Shown here: positions 44,712-58,665 of the stretch, piece after piece
Layout: each line of letters begins with the position of its first letter
Position numbering within the stretch: the first letter of the stretch is position 1
NCBI GenBank assembly: GCA_020137815.1
Contig: CM035355.1
Span: 6,758,001 to 6,822,000, forward strand
Direction of reading: 5' to 3'
Source: Hormiphora californensis
Taxonomy: Eukaryota > Animalia > Ctenophora
Length of the DNA stretch: 64,000 nt
Program-made: the position numbers and the translations under genes
Notes under the pieces: model-generated
Seen by the model: the letters and a program-made list of their open reading frames with translations, nothing else
What the model was told of the DNA's origin: nothing
The model's database searches: none

Positions 44712-45715
44712 GATAATTATGATAGATAATCATAGAATGATAGAAAATAAGGCCATTACATCCATCATGGAATGATTGTCGTGTATTTTGTCCTTACCGT
44801 ACTGTCTGTCGCCTTGAAACCTGTAATGCAATGGTCCTCTTCGGACGCTTAGTAATGCTGATACAACATCTTCTTGGTCTTAACTCCATCTAATAATGAT
44901 ATTATACTTTCTTAGAGCTAGAAAATTCTCTAACAGACCGAGAGACTAGTCTACGAAAGTTCACTGATTTCAGATTTTGATTTTTGAACAAAATTTTGAA
45001 AAACTAAAAATAACTCGGGTGCACCGCGACGAAAAATTACTGTGTTATGAAACCCGATAGTTGATTTATCAGTCGTTTGAAGATTTTGCGCGCTCATGAT
45101 AACTGCTAGCTGGGGGATTTAACACCCTGCTGGCGATTTATCAGGCCAGTGTCCTTTTTCACGCGTTTCTCTTCATTTGAATAACATGCGTGTAAAATTC
45201 TAAGTATTGAAAATGTGTGTAAACACACAGTTCTGTCAACAAAAGAAAGGGGAAACATGTCTGCAACACGTTTCAATGTTATCTCTCTCATAAGGAGTGA
45301 AAAGAATCACATTCCTATCTCTTCTCTCTCTCATTGTCTCTTTTACTGTTCATTACCTCTGACAGTGTGTATTGCCCCTAATCTTTCTCTCTCTTTCTCA
45401 AACATGTTAGGAACAGTAGACACTAAGTCTACACACATTTTCAGGGTATCTGTTGACTATTTACCAGCAGTTCTAGTGTGTTTCACCTTGTGTTGTGTCT
45501 CTTATTTGTGTGTAATTACTATCGGGTTTCATAAAATATGAACGTTTGTTAGCCTATCGCGTTATAGGTTTAAATCACCTCCCCCTCACCCTCGGCTGGC
45601 GCCTCGGGATCGGAGTCGGGATTTAAACCAGTTTAATCGCCCTGCCGGGCGATTAAACTCCAGTTGGCTGTCCCCAGCTCGCGCTGGGAACAGCCAACTT
45701 CATAACGCGCCAGTC

Positions 45716-45939
45716 TAAAGTCGGATTTTTTGAAACTGTCACCCCCCTGAAATAACAAATTTGTCATATCTCCGGTTCCTGATAAGATAGAGACTTGAAA
45801 TTTGGAGGTTCGGAAGAACTTAGCAAGATCTTTATAACCTCCAACTTTCAAGTCTCTATCTCATCAGGAACCGGACTTATGGTCATTTAAAGAAATTTGA
45901 AAACTCAGGGGGGTGACAGTTTCAAAAAATCCGACTTTA
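45716..45939. mobile_element. Palindromic MITE, TA-flanked (family of 12664-12883)
   Basis: TA-AAGTCGGATTTTTTGAAACTGTCACCCCCTGA ... TCAGGGGGGTGACAGTTTCAAAAAATCCGACTT-TA. Confidence 0.85.
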
Positions 45940-46095
45940 AAGTCCATTTTTTTTTCAACTGTTCACCCCCCAAAGTCGTGCGCGGAATTGTTTTGCGCGT
46001 TTATCACATGTTAACGTGTAGCGCGCACCACGTAAATTAAAATATCGCACGCACACGAGTTGAAGGGTGAACAGTTGAATAAAAATGGACTTTAA
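45937..46095. mobile_element. Short palindromic MITE-like element
   Basis: TTAAAGTCCATTTT...TCAACTGTTCACCC / GGGTGAACAGTTGA...AAAATGGACTTTAA. Confidence 0.65.
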
Positions 46096-46819
46096 ACGTT
46101 TACAAACGTTCATACTTCATTTAACTGCATCCGCGCCGCGCATGAAAACGCGCATCAAAGATCTGCGTTGAAAGACCACATTTTTGGCGTGCTCCAGCAA
46201 GGTCTATCGCAATATTATGCGGATACCGATGATTCAATTAATTGGTCTGTTTCCTAGAATTATATTCAAAATCAAACTCTTTAGCTTGTTAATAGAATAA
46301 GTCAAAGGAGAGAACAATGAAATTTTCAAATATGTAAGGAATATGATCACTTTCAGGTATTATTTATCATCGTGTTTATAGTGAGACCGATAAGGAATTC
46401 CCAAATATCTTTAGGAAATAGGGACATATTTAATGACATGATGCTCTTTCAGTTTCTCAACAACAGTAAACTAATAAATCTGGAAGGATTTAAAAAACAA
46501 AACCTCCGTCTATTCGAATCTATAGCATAATCCAACCTTTGAAATGATCACTCTTAAAATAGTTCTCATTTTCAAATTTATTAAGCTTTATTAAAACAAA
46601 AATAACTTAAAAGAATTGGGCCCCTGGGCTCATTACTATGCAGTATACCTCACGCACTGCAATAACTCACACACACGGCACACTCACATTTTGTTATTTA
46701 CAAAACAAGACAACACAATTTAAAAAACTCTCTCGCTACTTTTTGTCCCTCAATGTCCTGAGGAGAGAGATGATCCCCATCACTAAGACAGTGTCAATAT
46801 TTAGTGTCTCTCTATCAGT

Positions 46820-49800
46820 TTAGTGGTCCACAGAGGTCCACGTTTTAATGGGGAAGGTAATGTTACTGGACCGCTCGTTGGCCGTTACTGTATGCCAGGG
46901 CGTTACGTGGACTCTGAGAAAGGATGGGTTGGTTTAATGTCAAATTGTCACAGGATATAGAGTTCGTCAATTGTTACAAGTCCCTTTTATTTGGAGGTCA
47001 TATGACGTCAGATGAGTTATCTACTGTGTATTAACTCTTCCAACTCCTGGTGCAATTCACAAACTAGAATAGTTTGAAAAACCACACGATGATGACTCTT
47101 ACTTTTTGATGCTGGTATATTTGTAGTGATCGATAACAACGTCGAATGTGCTATCAGATTCAACGTGCATTCCTCCGATTGTGTAATCGTGAATCTCCTC
47201 CGAGGGCAGGAACTCTAAACCCTGTGTTAGATTTAACATGTTAGAGGTGAGGAACTCGAATGTTAGATGTTAGAGGTGAGGACTGGATTATGGATATTTC
47301 AAAACTCAAATCATATCCGTCCGACCTAAATGCATCACAACCCTATCTTGTTTCTGCTAAGTTATTGTAATGACATCATACCTTGTTTTTACTCTTGCTG
47401 ATAGCTCCAATAACAGTCAGATTGAGTGTCTCACATTGCGGGTCAGGTGGCTTGGTAGTCAGGTCAGGTCGGGGCACATTTGTTGCCACTATGGACCAGT
47501 AGGTTCCGCCTGGCAGACTCTTGTGGACCACATTGCCTCCTCCAGAGACCTGCATAGTGAGAGAGTTTTAGAAGGGGAAACAAATTTATATTGTCTGGAG
47601 GCCGGAGTTCATAAGTCGACAATGTGTAGCATAAGGTATGAAGATGGAATAAATCTCGATGACGTCATTGCTTCAATTCACAGTGAGTCAAGATTCTTAC
47701 CATATCGAAGCTGAGGTAAAGGTCCGGGGGTCGGAATGCTAAGTCAGCAGAGGACAACTTCAGATCCTTTGTTTTCAGTGATTTCCTCCTTTCTGAAACA
47801 AATGAAGAGAAAATTAGAACTGAACTGTGAATGGCATATTGTGTTGAATTGTTCATACTTTCTTTTTATTCTAAAAAAGTCTTCCGTGCGGAGCACGGAA
47901 ACAGTGTCAAGCGACTCAACGATTGTGAGGGTCAACGTGATGATGGTGATTTCAAGCAAATCAAACTACACTATCTGAACTTACTCTTGTTTTTCTGGGC
48001 CAGTATGGCAGGTAGATCATGGACAGATGCGGGGAATCCCACCTCTAGCCATTGCGTCATTGTTAGGGCTGTGTAGTTTACATCATTCTTCCATAACTCC
48101 ACCCGGTATACTGTGAGGAGAAACGGGTTGTTATATTAATAGCAACACTGTGAAGAGAGAAAGGGTTGTTATAGCAACCAGAGAGATTGGGTTGTTATAG
48201 CAACACTGTGAAGATAGGGTTGTTATAGCAACACTGTGAGGAGAAAGGGTTGTTATAGCAACACTGTGAGGAGAAAGGGTTGTTATAGCAACACTGTGAG
48301 GAGAAAAGGGTTGTTATAGCAACAAGACAAAAAGTAGGGTTGTTGTACATAGTAGGGTTTTGGGTTTTCCAGCAATCATGCATCGCCTGAACTCTTATTG
48401 GATTCGTCCCTGCTAGACAGATTTTTTGCATTATATTGTTGAGACCAACTCATTGTCATATATGAATGATGAAAGTTTACATCTCCTGAGTACTGATGCT
48501 GCAGAATTACAGTATGTGGCCCAAGTGAGACATTACATTGCATTAGGGAACTGGAAAGGCTTCTCCTGGACGCCATGTCACCACTTAGATAGATTTACCT
48601 ATCTCTTCTTCTCCCTGATCTCTCCTCCCTCAATGAAGGGTGAAATGAAGGGGCAGTGTAGTGTGACCTCTCAGCACTTCCATAGCATTGGCCGGATAGT
48701 CTCAACACGGATATGATCTACTAGATCAGTGTAACGATAGTGTGATTAGTAGGGTTTCGTTCACACAACGTGAAGTCTCGATATCAGAAGTGTACCACAC
48801 AGACCACACACACACACAATAAAGCCATAAACACTGCAGACTTCAGGGGTGGTAGCCAGTCGGCGAAAATGGTACGTATCATGAACCGACCGAATCAGGA
48901 AATACTGGTCCCTGATTGGCTGATAACCAGAACCAGTCACGTGACCTAAATAACGAGTTCTTATTGGTTGTGTACTTGGTTCGGTCGGTTCCTGATACGT
49001 ATATGCACAAGTGTATCAGTACATTGAGTCAAATTCTAAAATAATAAAACATATCATGTTGCCGTGATAAAATTTCAAAAGACATACCTGATAGGTGATA
49101 GTCAGTTTGAGCGTGAAGCATGTAACTACTCAGACTAGCCCGTAATATACTCGCTGGATCTCGACTTGTCTTCTCAAACTCCTGGTGAAGGGATTACAGG
49201 TTAGAGGAGAGTCATTACACTACAGCTGTCAGTAACGGTAATAATCGATCCAGTAATTTACTGGACTATAACTACCCACTAAGGGTACACTTGGGTAAAT
49301 TATAGGAACTCCACCGATTAGGGAATTATTGGTTGCTATGGTAACTTCACACATACCTGTATGTCAGGACAAGGTTTAACTGACGGCAGTATCCTCAGTA
49401 CAGTGTGGACTGGGTAGAACAACCTCTGAGCGTATATTGGATCCATATGACACAGATAATCCGATAAGTTGTACTCCGATTTGATATAAATCTTATACTG
49501 GCTAATCTCAATGTTTTTATGTGGAACTGTGTGTGTTCGGAGGGGCACGTAGAAAAATTCAAAGTCCAATTTTCCGCATTTTTTCGTTGACTGTGACAAC
49601 ATTTCGCTATATGACGTTGCCATGGCTGCCACAGTTCTGTCCGATCCAACGAGAGCAATTTTCACCGTGTCATGTGGTTTACCACACCGTAAACACAGTT
49701 TAGCTGACAGAGTCTCAGGGTTAAATGAGTCCTTATTAGCGGTGACCCAGTTACAAATGAGCTGGGAAACAGAGAGTCCGTCGCTAGGGAGACGAGATGC

Positions 49801-52800
49801 GGAGTGATGGTGATCAGGGTCCCAGTTAGAACGCTGTTTAGCTGTGTGAGAGTAGAGGGAGGATTTTGAGGAACAGAGGGAGGATCGGGACTGGTAGAGG
49901 GACTGGGGTCGACTTGCTTGGCTGCTCGCTTGGCTACCCTGGGGGATGGAGGAAAGGGTGTTAAAATGGATCAGGATCCATTGGGAGGGGGGACCCCTAT
50001 TGGGAAATCAGTATTCAGTAATCTGGGTCACAAAAGACTGCCCTCCGAACCGTGCATGTAGTATGACTAAGTCATGATAACTGTGGCAAGTGTAATTTGG
50101 GTAATATATGGGTCACAAGTGAATCCCTTACTTTTCGGGAGATAGGCTCTTCAAGCTCAGAAATTGAACGAGGTGACAGAACGGGTGTGTCTTCTCGTTC
50201 AGAGTAGGCATCCAAATCAAGCTCCAATCCGCTACCAAAACCAGTATCCTGTGAACAAAAAGTAGTTTATTAGTTCCCATTAAATTTTAAAAAGGGTTTT
50301 TTGACGTGCTTCAACCATCTTCTCATTCCAATTCAGATTCAACCCAAAACCTAATAATAATATTATTCATATCCCTATCCATTATCTAATTAGCCCTAAT
50401 TACCTCACTCTCAGCACTGTCCCTATTACTCTTGAACTTCATCAGATTAGTAGACAGCGTATCTTCATTAATCGTTTCATCTAGATCTGGTTCTGGCTCC
50501 AAAAACTCCTGAAGCAGGGGGACACTGTCAGCAAATTGGAAAATTTCTGCTTTTATGGAAACGATGATTTTGTAAAACTACAATCAATCAACTTCCATGT
50601 ATGGCAACAAAAACTAGGTCATATTATACCTGGAACCCGTCTAGAAGATTACTAATTTGGATTGAGATGGAGTCAGGGGTTAGTTCACTTTGTTTAGTTT
50701 CACTCTCAGCGATACTGCTACATTTATCACTCTGTTGATCGCTCACACTCTCACTCCGGCTACATCGACCGTTGGAGTAGGAGGAGGCTATACTCTGAAC
50801 CTGATACACGAAGGATTGTTGGTTAATATATGGGAATTTGATTTGGGAACTTTTTCAGGGTCACACGCACAACACGAATTAATAAGTGGATATATATATA
50901 TGTCATGGATACTAAATCCGACCACATCCCAAACACCATGACCAAACTCCTAGACCTACCTCGAAAGATAGCATACTGCCAGCAGTGTCATTACACGCCA
51001 GGTAGGGTCTGTTTTGTCTACTCTTATGGATCACTTTGTCTCTGACACTGTATATAATATTCTCCAGAGCACGGCTGGCATGGACTGGTATGCTACTGTC
51101 AAACGCCAGGAACTGCATGTAGGATGTAGGAGCTTGGTACAGGTCTGAAGAAAGGAGAGGAGGGGTTAGGGAAGTGTTTCACTCTCAGAGAATTATATTC
51201 ATAGTGCTTTGCAGTTCACATGTAGACAGCTGGTATTCAAAATCCCGGTTTTTAAACAAATATATTTTACTTGATTCAAAGAAATCTTTATAGCGGGGTG
51301 TAGCTGAAATGAAAAGCACATGTTCCAGTAAAATCATCACATCTTTCACAGCATAAGTCAAGACAAGTATTTTAAGTACACAGACAGTAGGGTAGTGGAT
51401 TCACAACCAAATCATTCATTTTAACAGCATTCAATAGTATTGATATTTTACATGCGAGATATGATATTCAAATTACCTTTGGTAACAGGCGCCTCGCTGA
51501 TAATGTGGTGAAATACCCCAAAGAGTGTCTCCTCTAGGGCTCGTTTAGCCTCATTTGAATCAGATATCCTGCTATACTGCTGCTGGATGTCGTATACCAG
51601 GCACGATACCATCATCAGATCATCGAAATTCAGACCCTGTAGGGAGATGTGGGTTCATTTCAGTCCCTTGACATAAACGGAACCGTGTCATAGTTTTTAG
51701 CGACCATAAAGGCCCACCCATGCAACGTCCATAATAGAGTGGTAATCAATCAATTATTATCAGTGCTTATAATTACCTGGAGGGCCTGTTTTAGGTAGGC
51801 GATCTTGTGCTGTCCAAGAGAAACACAACTGTGAACTAGAAACGCTCGTAACACCTGGAATTGGGATGCAGATGTTAGAACATGGGATTGGTCTGGCTAC
51901 AATTAGATCCATGTAAATTGTAAACGGAGCATCAAATGGTGCTCCTGCCTTCAAGCTGAAACTTTAACGGTAGCAACTATTGAGATTCATTGAACCTCTC
52001 GAGTCCTACAAATATTACCCTCACCTGTTCTTGGTTCACAGGAGCTGCTAATTGAACCAGTTCGTGAAACTGGCAGCTGTTATCAACTGAAGTATCCAGA
52101 GTGTAGTAATTGTGCTCGTTCCTGCAATGAGAGAAGGGGTTAATTCGTCCCTCAATGCAAATGTGAGATATTAAGATGATAAGAAAAGATACGACAGAAC
52201 AAATGAGAGTACTTTTAGTAAAAAGAAGTTTGATATACGTAAACAAAAGTGATACGAGTTCTATCAGATCTTACCGTTTGAGTGAGAGATGGTTGCTAGC
52301 TAGTAGGTGCTCTCTAAATGAACACCCCGGTACCCGCATCTCTACAAACAGTAGATCCAACAGGTGCAGGGCTATCTGGCTGACAGGTTTGGACCACAGC
52401 AGAAAACCTGGGAGATGAAGGGAGTTGAGTTTGGTTGGTGAAATAGCAGTTTGAATAATTAAAACTAGAGAGAGCGTCTCCTTGAAAATTTATTTTATCT
52501 CCCACTCGTCCTTGATCATGTTTGTTTTGTACAAAGGGTTGATGCAAGATCATGTTATAATCTATCAGCCTCAACCCCTCTCTCCAACCAACACTCGTCC
52601 TACCTATGATGGTGTTGTAAGCAGTAGACAACAGGGACTCAGGAACGTGTGGAACCAAAGCAAGGGCATCTGTAAAGATACTAAGAAGAGAGGATACGAC
52701 AGTGTGATCCTCTACTCTGGAGAGCTGTTGAACGATAAAGATGAGGGCTGCTACCCCGTCTTCTTGTGAAGTTGACATCCGGTGGCAAAGGTACGGGTAG

Positions 52801-53823
52801 TGGAGTGACTCGCACGCTGGGGAGAGAGGAGGTTAGCCTGGTTGGGCCAGGAAGGGAGGTTAGGAAGGGAGGTTAGGAGGGGAGGTTAGGAGGGGAGGTT
52901 AAGGAGGTATGGTTTGAAGGTACCTGCATTAGTGTTGATATTAAAGGGTGGCGGAGGTTTCCCAACGTTTCCAAAATCACAATTCCTGCAGCACCATCCA
53001 ACTAGATTCCGGACATCAAGGAACTTGTGTGTGTCACGTAGTCCATTGACTGTGCTCATAGCACGAAGCACCTGTGAAGGAGGAGGGGGTGTTATGTTAA
53101 TTTGAAGATGCTGGGAGAAGTTGAGGTGAGATGGTTATTATTGTTGGTGATGTTTGGATTAGAACTGGGTGGTAACTGAACTGGGAGTAGTTTAGGTGAG
53201 AACTGAATGATGCGATGGTAGTTATGTGACGCTGATTCAGAAAAGGTCTGTGCCTCATTTGGACCATTGGACTATAATACATGTAGTAATCGCTGTTATA
53301 GAGGTTTGGATGAGAGGTTGGTAATTGCTGGCACCTGAATAATGCTGCTTTACAATTTACAGGCGGTTACATGACCCCACACATAAAATGAGACAAATGT
53401 GTGTGTGATTAGCCCGCTGTAAAATTAGAGATTTGTGACATTGAGAGAGGGTATTATGCAAATGAGGGGGACGGACCCATCAATTTAGCTGATTGAGTCC
53501 GAGGGAATTATGCTGAGTAGGCGGGTCATGAAAAATTTCAAACTCTATATTCAACCTACACGCCTTCGGCCTTACTCTCTGACTAGAGAAGAGAAAACTA
53601 TAAACTCTCCCCTCTCCTTCGGCAAGGAGTTATCTCTACTAGAACCCCAGTATGATTACATATGAACCGGGCCCCTATGAACCCAGTTTAAGATCCCATC
53701 ATAGGATTCCCCAGGACTTACATCTTCCTCTCCCAGGTCACAGTAATCAGGATGATTGTAGAGGGACGTGGATGAGACAGACCTATCCTGTCTGCCCATC
53801 ATTATAGGTAAATAGTGCACCAT
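46820..53823 (-). CDS. PI3K-gamma regulatory subunit p101/p84 (PIK3R5/6)-like, multi-exon
   Basis: Exon peptides FLLWSKPVSQIALHLLDLLFVEMRVPGCSF, KIALVGSDRTVAAMATSYSE, KLDFEFFYVPL and terminal TFPIKTW recall PIK3R5 (FLTWP..ELKAPGISY; VVFGSDR; KLQFFYVPV, from memory). The first exon is uncertain. Confidence 0.72.
48111..48323. repeat. 30-bp minisatellite at a splice acceptor
   Basis: Unit GGGTTGTTATAGCAACACTGTGAGGAGAAA. Confidence 0.9.
48880..48994. mobile_element. 115-bp hAT-like MITE
   Basis: TIR CA(T/G)GAACCGACCGAA; 8-bp TSD GTACGTAT / ATACGTAT (1 mismatch). Confidence 0.8.
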
Positions 53824-54145
53824 GGTAGTCCTATAATCCTAGTGAGCTATATAGCTATTGGTACAGAGGGGATAGGAACCATTAGTTACTGGACAAGTCT
53901 GAATATCTAAACGAGAAGTGCAACAAAAATAAGACTACTTTTTTAATAATTAAGGAATATATCCCGCTAAAAATTTAGTAAAAGTAATTTTATGAGATGT
54001 CAAAGAGAGAAAAAGGGACAAAATACACAAACTACACACTCAGCTGTTTCACGTGATTTTAGACCGGTATAGTAGGTGCATTACAACATCTAGGGCTACA
54101 CGGGGGTGTTACATAATTAACCGAAACCGGGCTGTAGAAACAGGT

Positions 54146-54148
<3 letters not shown>

Positions 54149-54204
<56 letters not shown>
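54149..54204. repeat. (GA)n microsatellite
   Basis: Direct reading. Confidence 0.95.
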
Positions 54205-54206
<2 letters not shown>

Positions 54207-55090
54207 GGAAGAGAGACTGAAAAGCTGTCTACACTGCAAGCACCCCGTGAGAGTGGAGAAACAGAATAAAATGACTGAAGAAGACCTAAGAGTGGGAAAA
54301 TTGCAGATTCCTTTTGAAAAGAGGAAACGGAAGGGAATTTCTAGTGAATATATATTCTGCTGCGCCCTATGACATGGGATTACTGCAGCAATATAAAAAT
54401 CAGGAAGTAGTAGGAGAAAGAATCAAAGTGAATTCTAATTTAGGAGATTAATGAAGAGAGAGGGAGGGAATGAGAGAGATAGAGAGAATGAGGGAGAGAA
54501 CCAGGGATTCGTACTGGCTTAATGAAATGTGCAAGGGTCGTTAGTTTCCTGCTTTACTAGTAAGATGATTCTCGAAAACACACATAATGTAGCAAATCGG
54601 CACTTTACTTAGAACAACACACTGCCAATCAACTTAGATCTAAAAACAGGAGTTCTAAATCGCAATTTGGATACGAAGAAACAACAAGATACCGATATAT
54701 GGAGTTAAAAAGAGATAGAGAGAGCAACCTCATTTCTCTCAATCGATTGACCACTAAAACACGACAAGTGCCCTCGATAGATCTGAGTAGTGCTCATTAT
54801 GGGAGGGCTGATTGACGTGAATTGACCTAATTAGTTGTCTAGCACACATTTAGTAGGGTAATAAGGCCATAGAAACATTCTAACTATCTCTCTCCTCTCT
54901 CTCTGTCCTCTCCCTCCCCTTCTATCGATCTATCTCTCTTCCACTTTCTCTGTTTGCTACTCACAAACTCCTCCCTAATCGGACTCTTTCTCACGTCATC
55001 CACAAAGCGATAACCGATCCATTTAACCATGGCAATTACTTACAGTGCACATGGGATTAAAATGATAGAGAGAATGATAAACCCAAATAA

Positions 55091-56031
55091 TAGTAGGGTC
55101 GGTTGTGGGAAGTTGGGTCTGGAATTTTAAATTTGACTTGCTGATATGATTAGGGACTCTATAAAAAGTCCAAAGTACCATCCCACAGGTCTCTAACACC
55201 CCCGGTTCACTAATTAGCCGTAATTATGTGATTTACGACGTTATCGCCAATTAGCACTAATAATACCAGTTCCTGGTCACTTAGAGCTTAGATTTTGATA
55301 CCAGCTGATAGAGGATAACTAGATTAGTGGGCATTCAAAATTTTAGGTCGATCGGAGTTATGGTCGAGGAGTTATAACCGTTTTTCCGTTTGGCTGGCGG
55401 TTGGCTGGCACCACGTGGGATTACGGGTTTAGGTCGTCGTGGGAGGTCGTCATTGGTCGCGTTCGATCGGGCTCGATGAGGTGATCAAAACCTAGTGGGG
55501 CCAGACGTTGGCCCCACCCCGTTCTTGGGTTATTGGGCTTTTTCGGTTTCCCGCCAAAATATTTTCCCGCCAAAACCGAAAAAGCCTAATAACCCAAGAA
55601 CGGGGTGGGGCCAAGGTCTGGCCCCACTAGGTTTTGATCACCTCATCGAGCCCGATCGAACGCGACCAATGACGACCTCCCACGACGACCTAAACCCGTA
55701 ATCCCACGTGGTGCCAGCCAACCGCCAGCCAAACGGAAAAACGGTTATAACTCCTCGACCATAACTCCGATCGACCTAAAATTTTGAATGCCCACTAATC
55801 TAGTTATCCTCTATCAGCTGGTATCAAAATCTAAGCTCTAAGTGACCAGGAACTGGTATTATTAGTGCTAATTGGCGATAACGTCATAAATCACATAATT
55901 ACGGCTAATTAGTGAACCGGGGGTGGTAGAGACCTGTGGGATGGTACTTTGGACTTTTTATAGAGTCCCTAATCATATCAGCAAGTCAAATTTAAAATTC
56001 GAGACCCAACTTCCCACAACCGACCCTACTA
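55091..56031. mobile_element. ~940-bp near-perfect palindromic foldback element
   Basis: TAGTAGGGTCGGTTGTGGGAAG... / ...CTTCCCACAACCGACCCTACTA. Arms ~458 bp with very few mismatches; spacer ~20 bp around 55550-55572. Confidence 0.92.
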
Positions 56032-56279
56032 ATAAAGAGAGAATGACTGGCCAAAATGAAGAGACAAAAAGGGTAGAATTATAACTGAGAGAGAGCCTCC
56101 AAAGTACTACTTTTGGAGTGAGGATTCTCATGAAATGCAACTCAGTAAGTTGGATCGCGAGTCGCCGACGACGTCGTGATAGTCATAAAAGTTTTGCAAG
56201 TCGAGACAATAGCTAAGAGGCGAAGAAAGAAGGGTGAGAGAGAAATTAGGGATAGAGAGAGAAAGAGAGGGAGACAGAG

Positions 56280-56283
<4 letters not shown>

Positions 56284-56343
<60 letters not shown>
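56284..56343. repeat. (GA)n microsatellite
   Basis: Direct reading. Confidence 0.95.
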
Positions 56344-56732
56344 GAAGCATCATCGGCTGGGATTGTTAAACCATGTACCTGTTACACTACATGCAACCCT
56401 GTATACATCGCTCCATCCCAACTGCATAAAACTCTCTCTAGTATGGGTTGTGTAGTTTCATGAAACTCTCCCCTTCCGTCTCTTGACACGAGATAGTCGT
56501 CTAGATATTATGGCTTTAATAAAACCCGGATGAAGTTTAACCCTCAGACAACCTTGTGCTTCTCTCATCCCTTTTTTGACACGTGCGGCATTACCACCCC
56601 ACTGTCACTACATGGGTGTCTGTAGATACAAGGGCCACTTTAATATCATAATGCAATGGGTGTCTGTTGTAGATGCCGGTATGAGCGTGAAAGTGACATG
56701 TCTGTCTGTCTGTCTGTCTGTCATGTTTGTAC

Positions 56733-57167
56733 CCGGAATGAGTTGGCCACAGTTTTCTCAATAAACGGGATCACAATCTGCCTCCCCAATCCTCCCTCAT
56801 CCTCAACCTCCTTCTTCTTTTCCTTGTTCCTTTTTAGAGTTCCAGTTGGAGTTCTTGGCAAAGTGCCACCTGCCGTTGAAAGCCGCTTCGTCCTCTTCTT
56901 CTCTCCGTAGGATAACTTCCGGAGAGCTTCCTCGCTCAGACTGGATGTCGAGGTTTTCTTTCTCCCCATCTTGGGTGTCTTCTCTCCATTACTCTTTCCC
57001 CAAACACCGTAGATAGGACTGAGGAGGTCCTCTGTAGAACCAAAAACAGTTGAGTCAGATTGGATGCTGGTGGTTGAGGTTTTCTTTCGGCGTGCTTTGG
57101 GAGTTTTACCACCGCCACCGCCGTTATTGATGGTCGACTCAGAGTGGCATTGTCGTGCTCGAAACAT
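56733..57167 (-). CDS. Probable coding exon (candidate alternative first exon of the PIK3R5-like gene)
   Basis: ATG 57167; Ser/Lys-rich open frame MFRARQCHSES...VANSFR ending at a phase-0 GT. Confidence 0.5.
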
Positions 57168-58571
57168 GACAAACGGAAACAATAAAGGAGAGGAAATGCC
57201 AGAGCAGAGGGGAAACCATATGATCAAGTGATGGGTGGAGATGTAGCAAGTGGTATCAGTATCACTATTATCTATTTTGTTACAGTCTCTCTTTCTCCAT
57301 CTCTCCCTATTGTTTTGGTACAATCTCTCATTTTCCCTCTCTCTATGTTGTTACAGTATCTCTATCATGGTTGTCACTGTCTCTCTCTCTGGAATTCAAA
57401 TATTGGTATGCTTCACATGATCTCAAGGCCATAACTGATTATTGCAACATTTTGGCGCCTGTCAACTTGTCAATCATTTGTCGTACAGCCGATAATTTCT
57501 AAATTCCACATATCGGCCGAAAAAAAGGTTGAAAATAAGAAGAAAAGAGACATGGATTGAAGCTGTGAACTTAGGAGCGAAGCCTATAAACCACTCAAGA
57601 CAGGAATAAACTCTTTGGTACCCCGCAGATTCCTAGAAAGGGAGGGAGGGTCTAGAAGAGACCGTGCCGATACTAGACTAGCAAAGCAAGGATTCTAAAA
57701 CCAGTATCGAAAACGTGTTTTGAAAAAAGAGAGAAACAACTTCCAAATTCACCTATAACAACCTTGTCATCGAAATAAGAGAGGGTGAGGTTATTTTCTC
57801 CCCGTTTTAAATTTAAAATTAATTCAAAACAAACAGGGTGATGACAAGGCATGCTTAGAGCACAAGGCCGACCACTTCAGCCAGATGTAGGGAGGAGGCG
57901 GTGAGATATGAAAGGTTAGGATGAGGTAGCATGAAGGCAGGGAGAATCACAGTTCAAATTCCAGCCCAATTAAACAGGGAGACAGAGAGATAGGGGGAGA
58001 TAGAGAGAAAGAGATAGTTAGAGAGATACTATAAACGAGAAATACCGCCCTAAAACTGGCAACGGCATCTACTACCGACATGCTTCCGATATAAGTAATA
58101 CCCCGTACTAAAAAGGTACAACTCATTATATACGGGTTGTAAACCAGAAAAAGCAGTGTACAACAAGCCAATAAACATTAGGCTACACATGAGAGAGCTG
58201 TGAAAGGGGGAAAGAGACAAATCGTTTATGGGCGACCGGAAGGGCGTGGGAAAATGTGATTATGTACTGTGTATTGCTCAGTTCCCTGCATCATGTGTAA
58301 TGCTTGTACAGTCTGTATCAGGATATTGTGTAATCTGAGTACAATTCCATTAAAATCTCTACCAATATGAGACATAGACAACCGATTTGATGAATTCATT
58401 CAACGGGGAACTGAGCTCTAAGGCTACCAGAATTGTAATATGCAGGTTGGTTAGTGCAGCTATAACCAACTCGCATATTACAATTCTGGTAGAGCGTTAA
58501 AACCGAGGTTTTAAACATGGTATTGTAATGTGTTAGTGGTAGATGATAGATTTCTCTCTTTCTCTCTCCCA

Positions 58572-58573
<2 letters not shown>

Positions 58574-58640
<67 letters not shown>

Positions 58641-58649
58641 TCTCTCTCT
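58574..58649. repeat. (CT)n microsatellite
   Basis: Direct reading. Confidence 0.95.
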
Positions 58650-58665
58650 GTACCCTAATACACAC

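Noticed and set aside
6880-49350. Scattered GTTRCCATRG(Y/A)AAC X-box (RFX)-like motifs as ciliary regulatory sites
   Set aside because: They occur in exons, introns and repeats alike; functional sites cannot be told from a common genomic motif without data.
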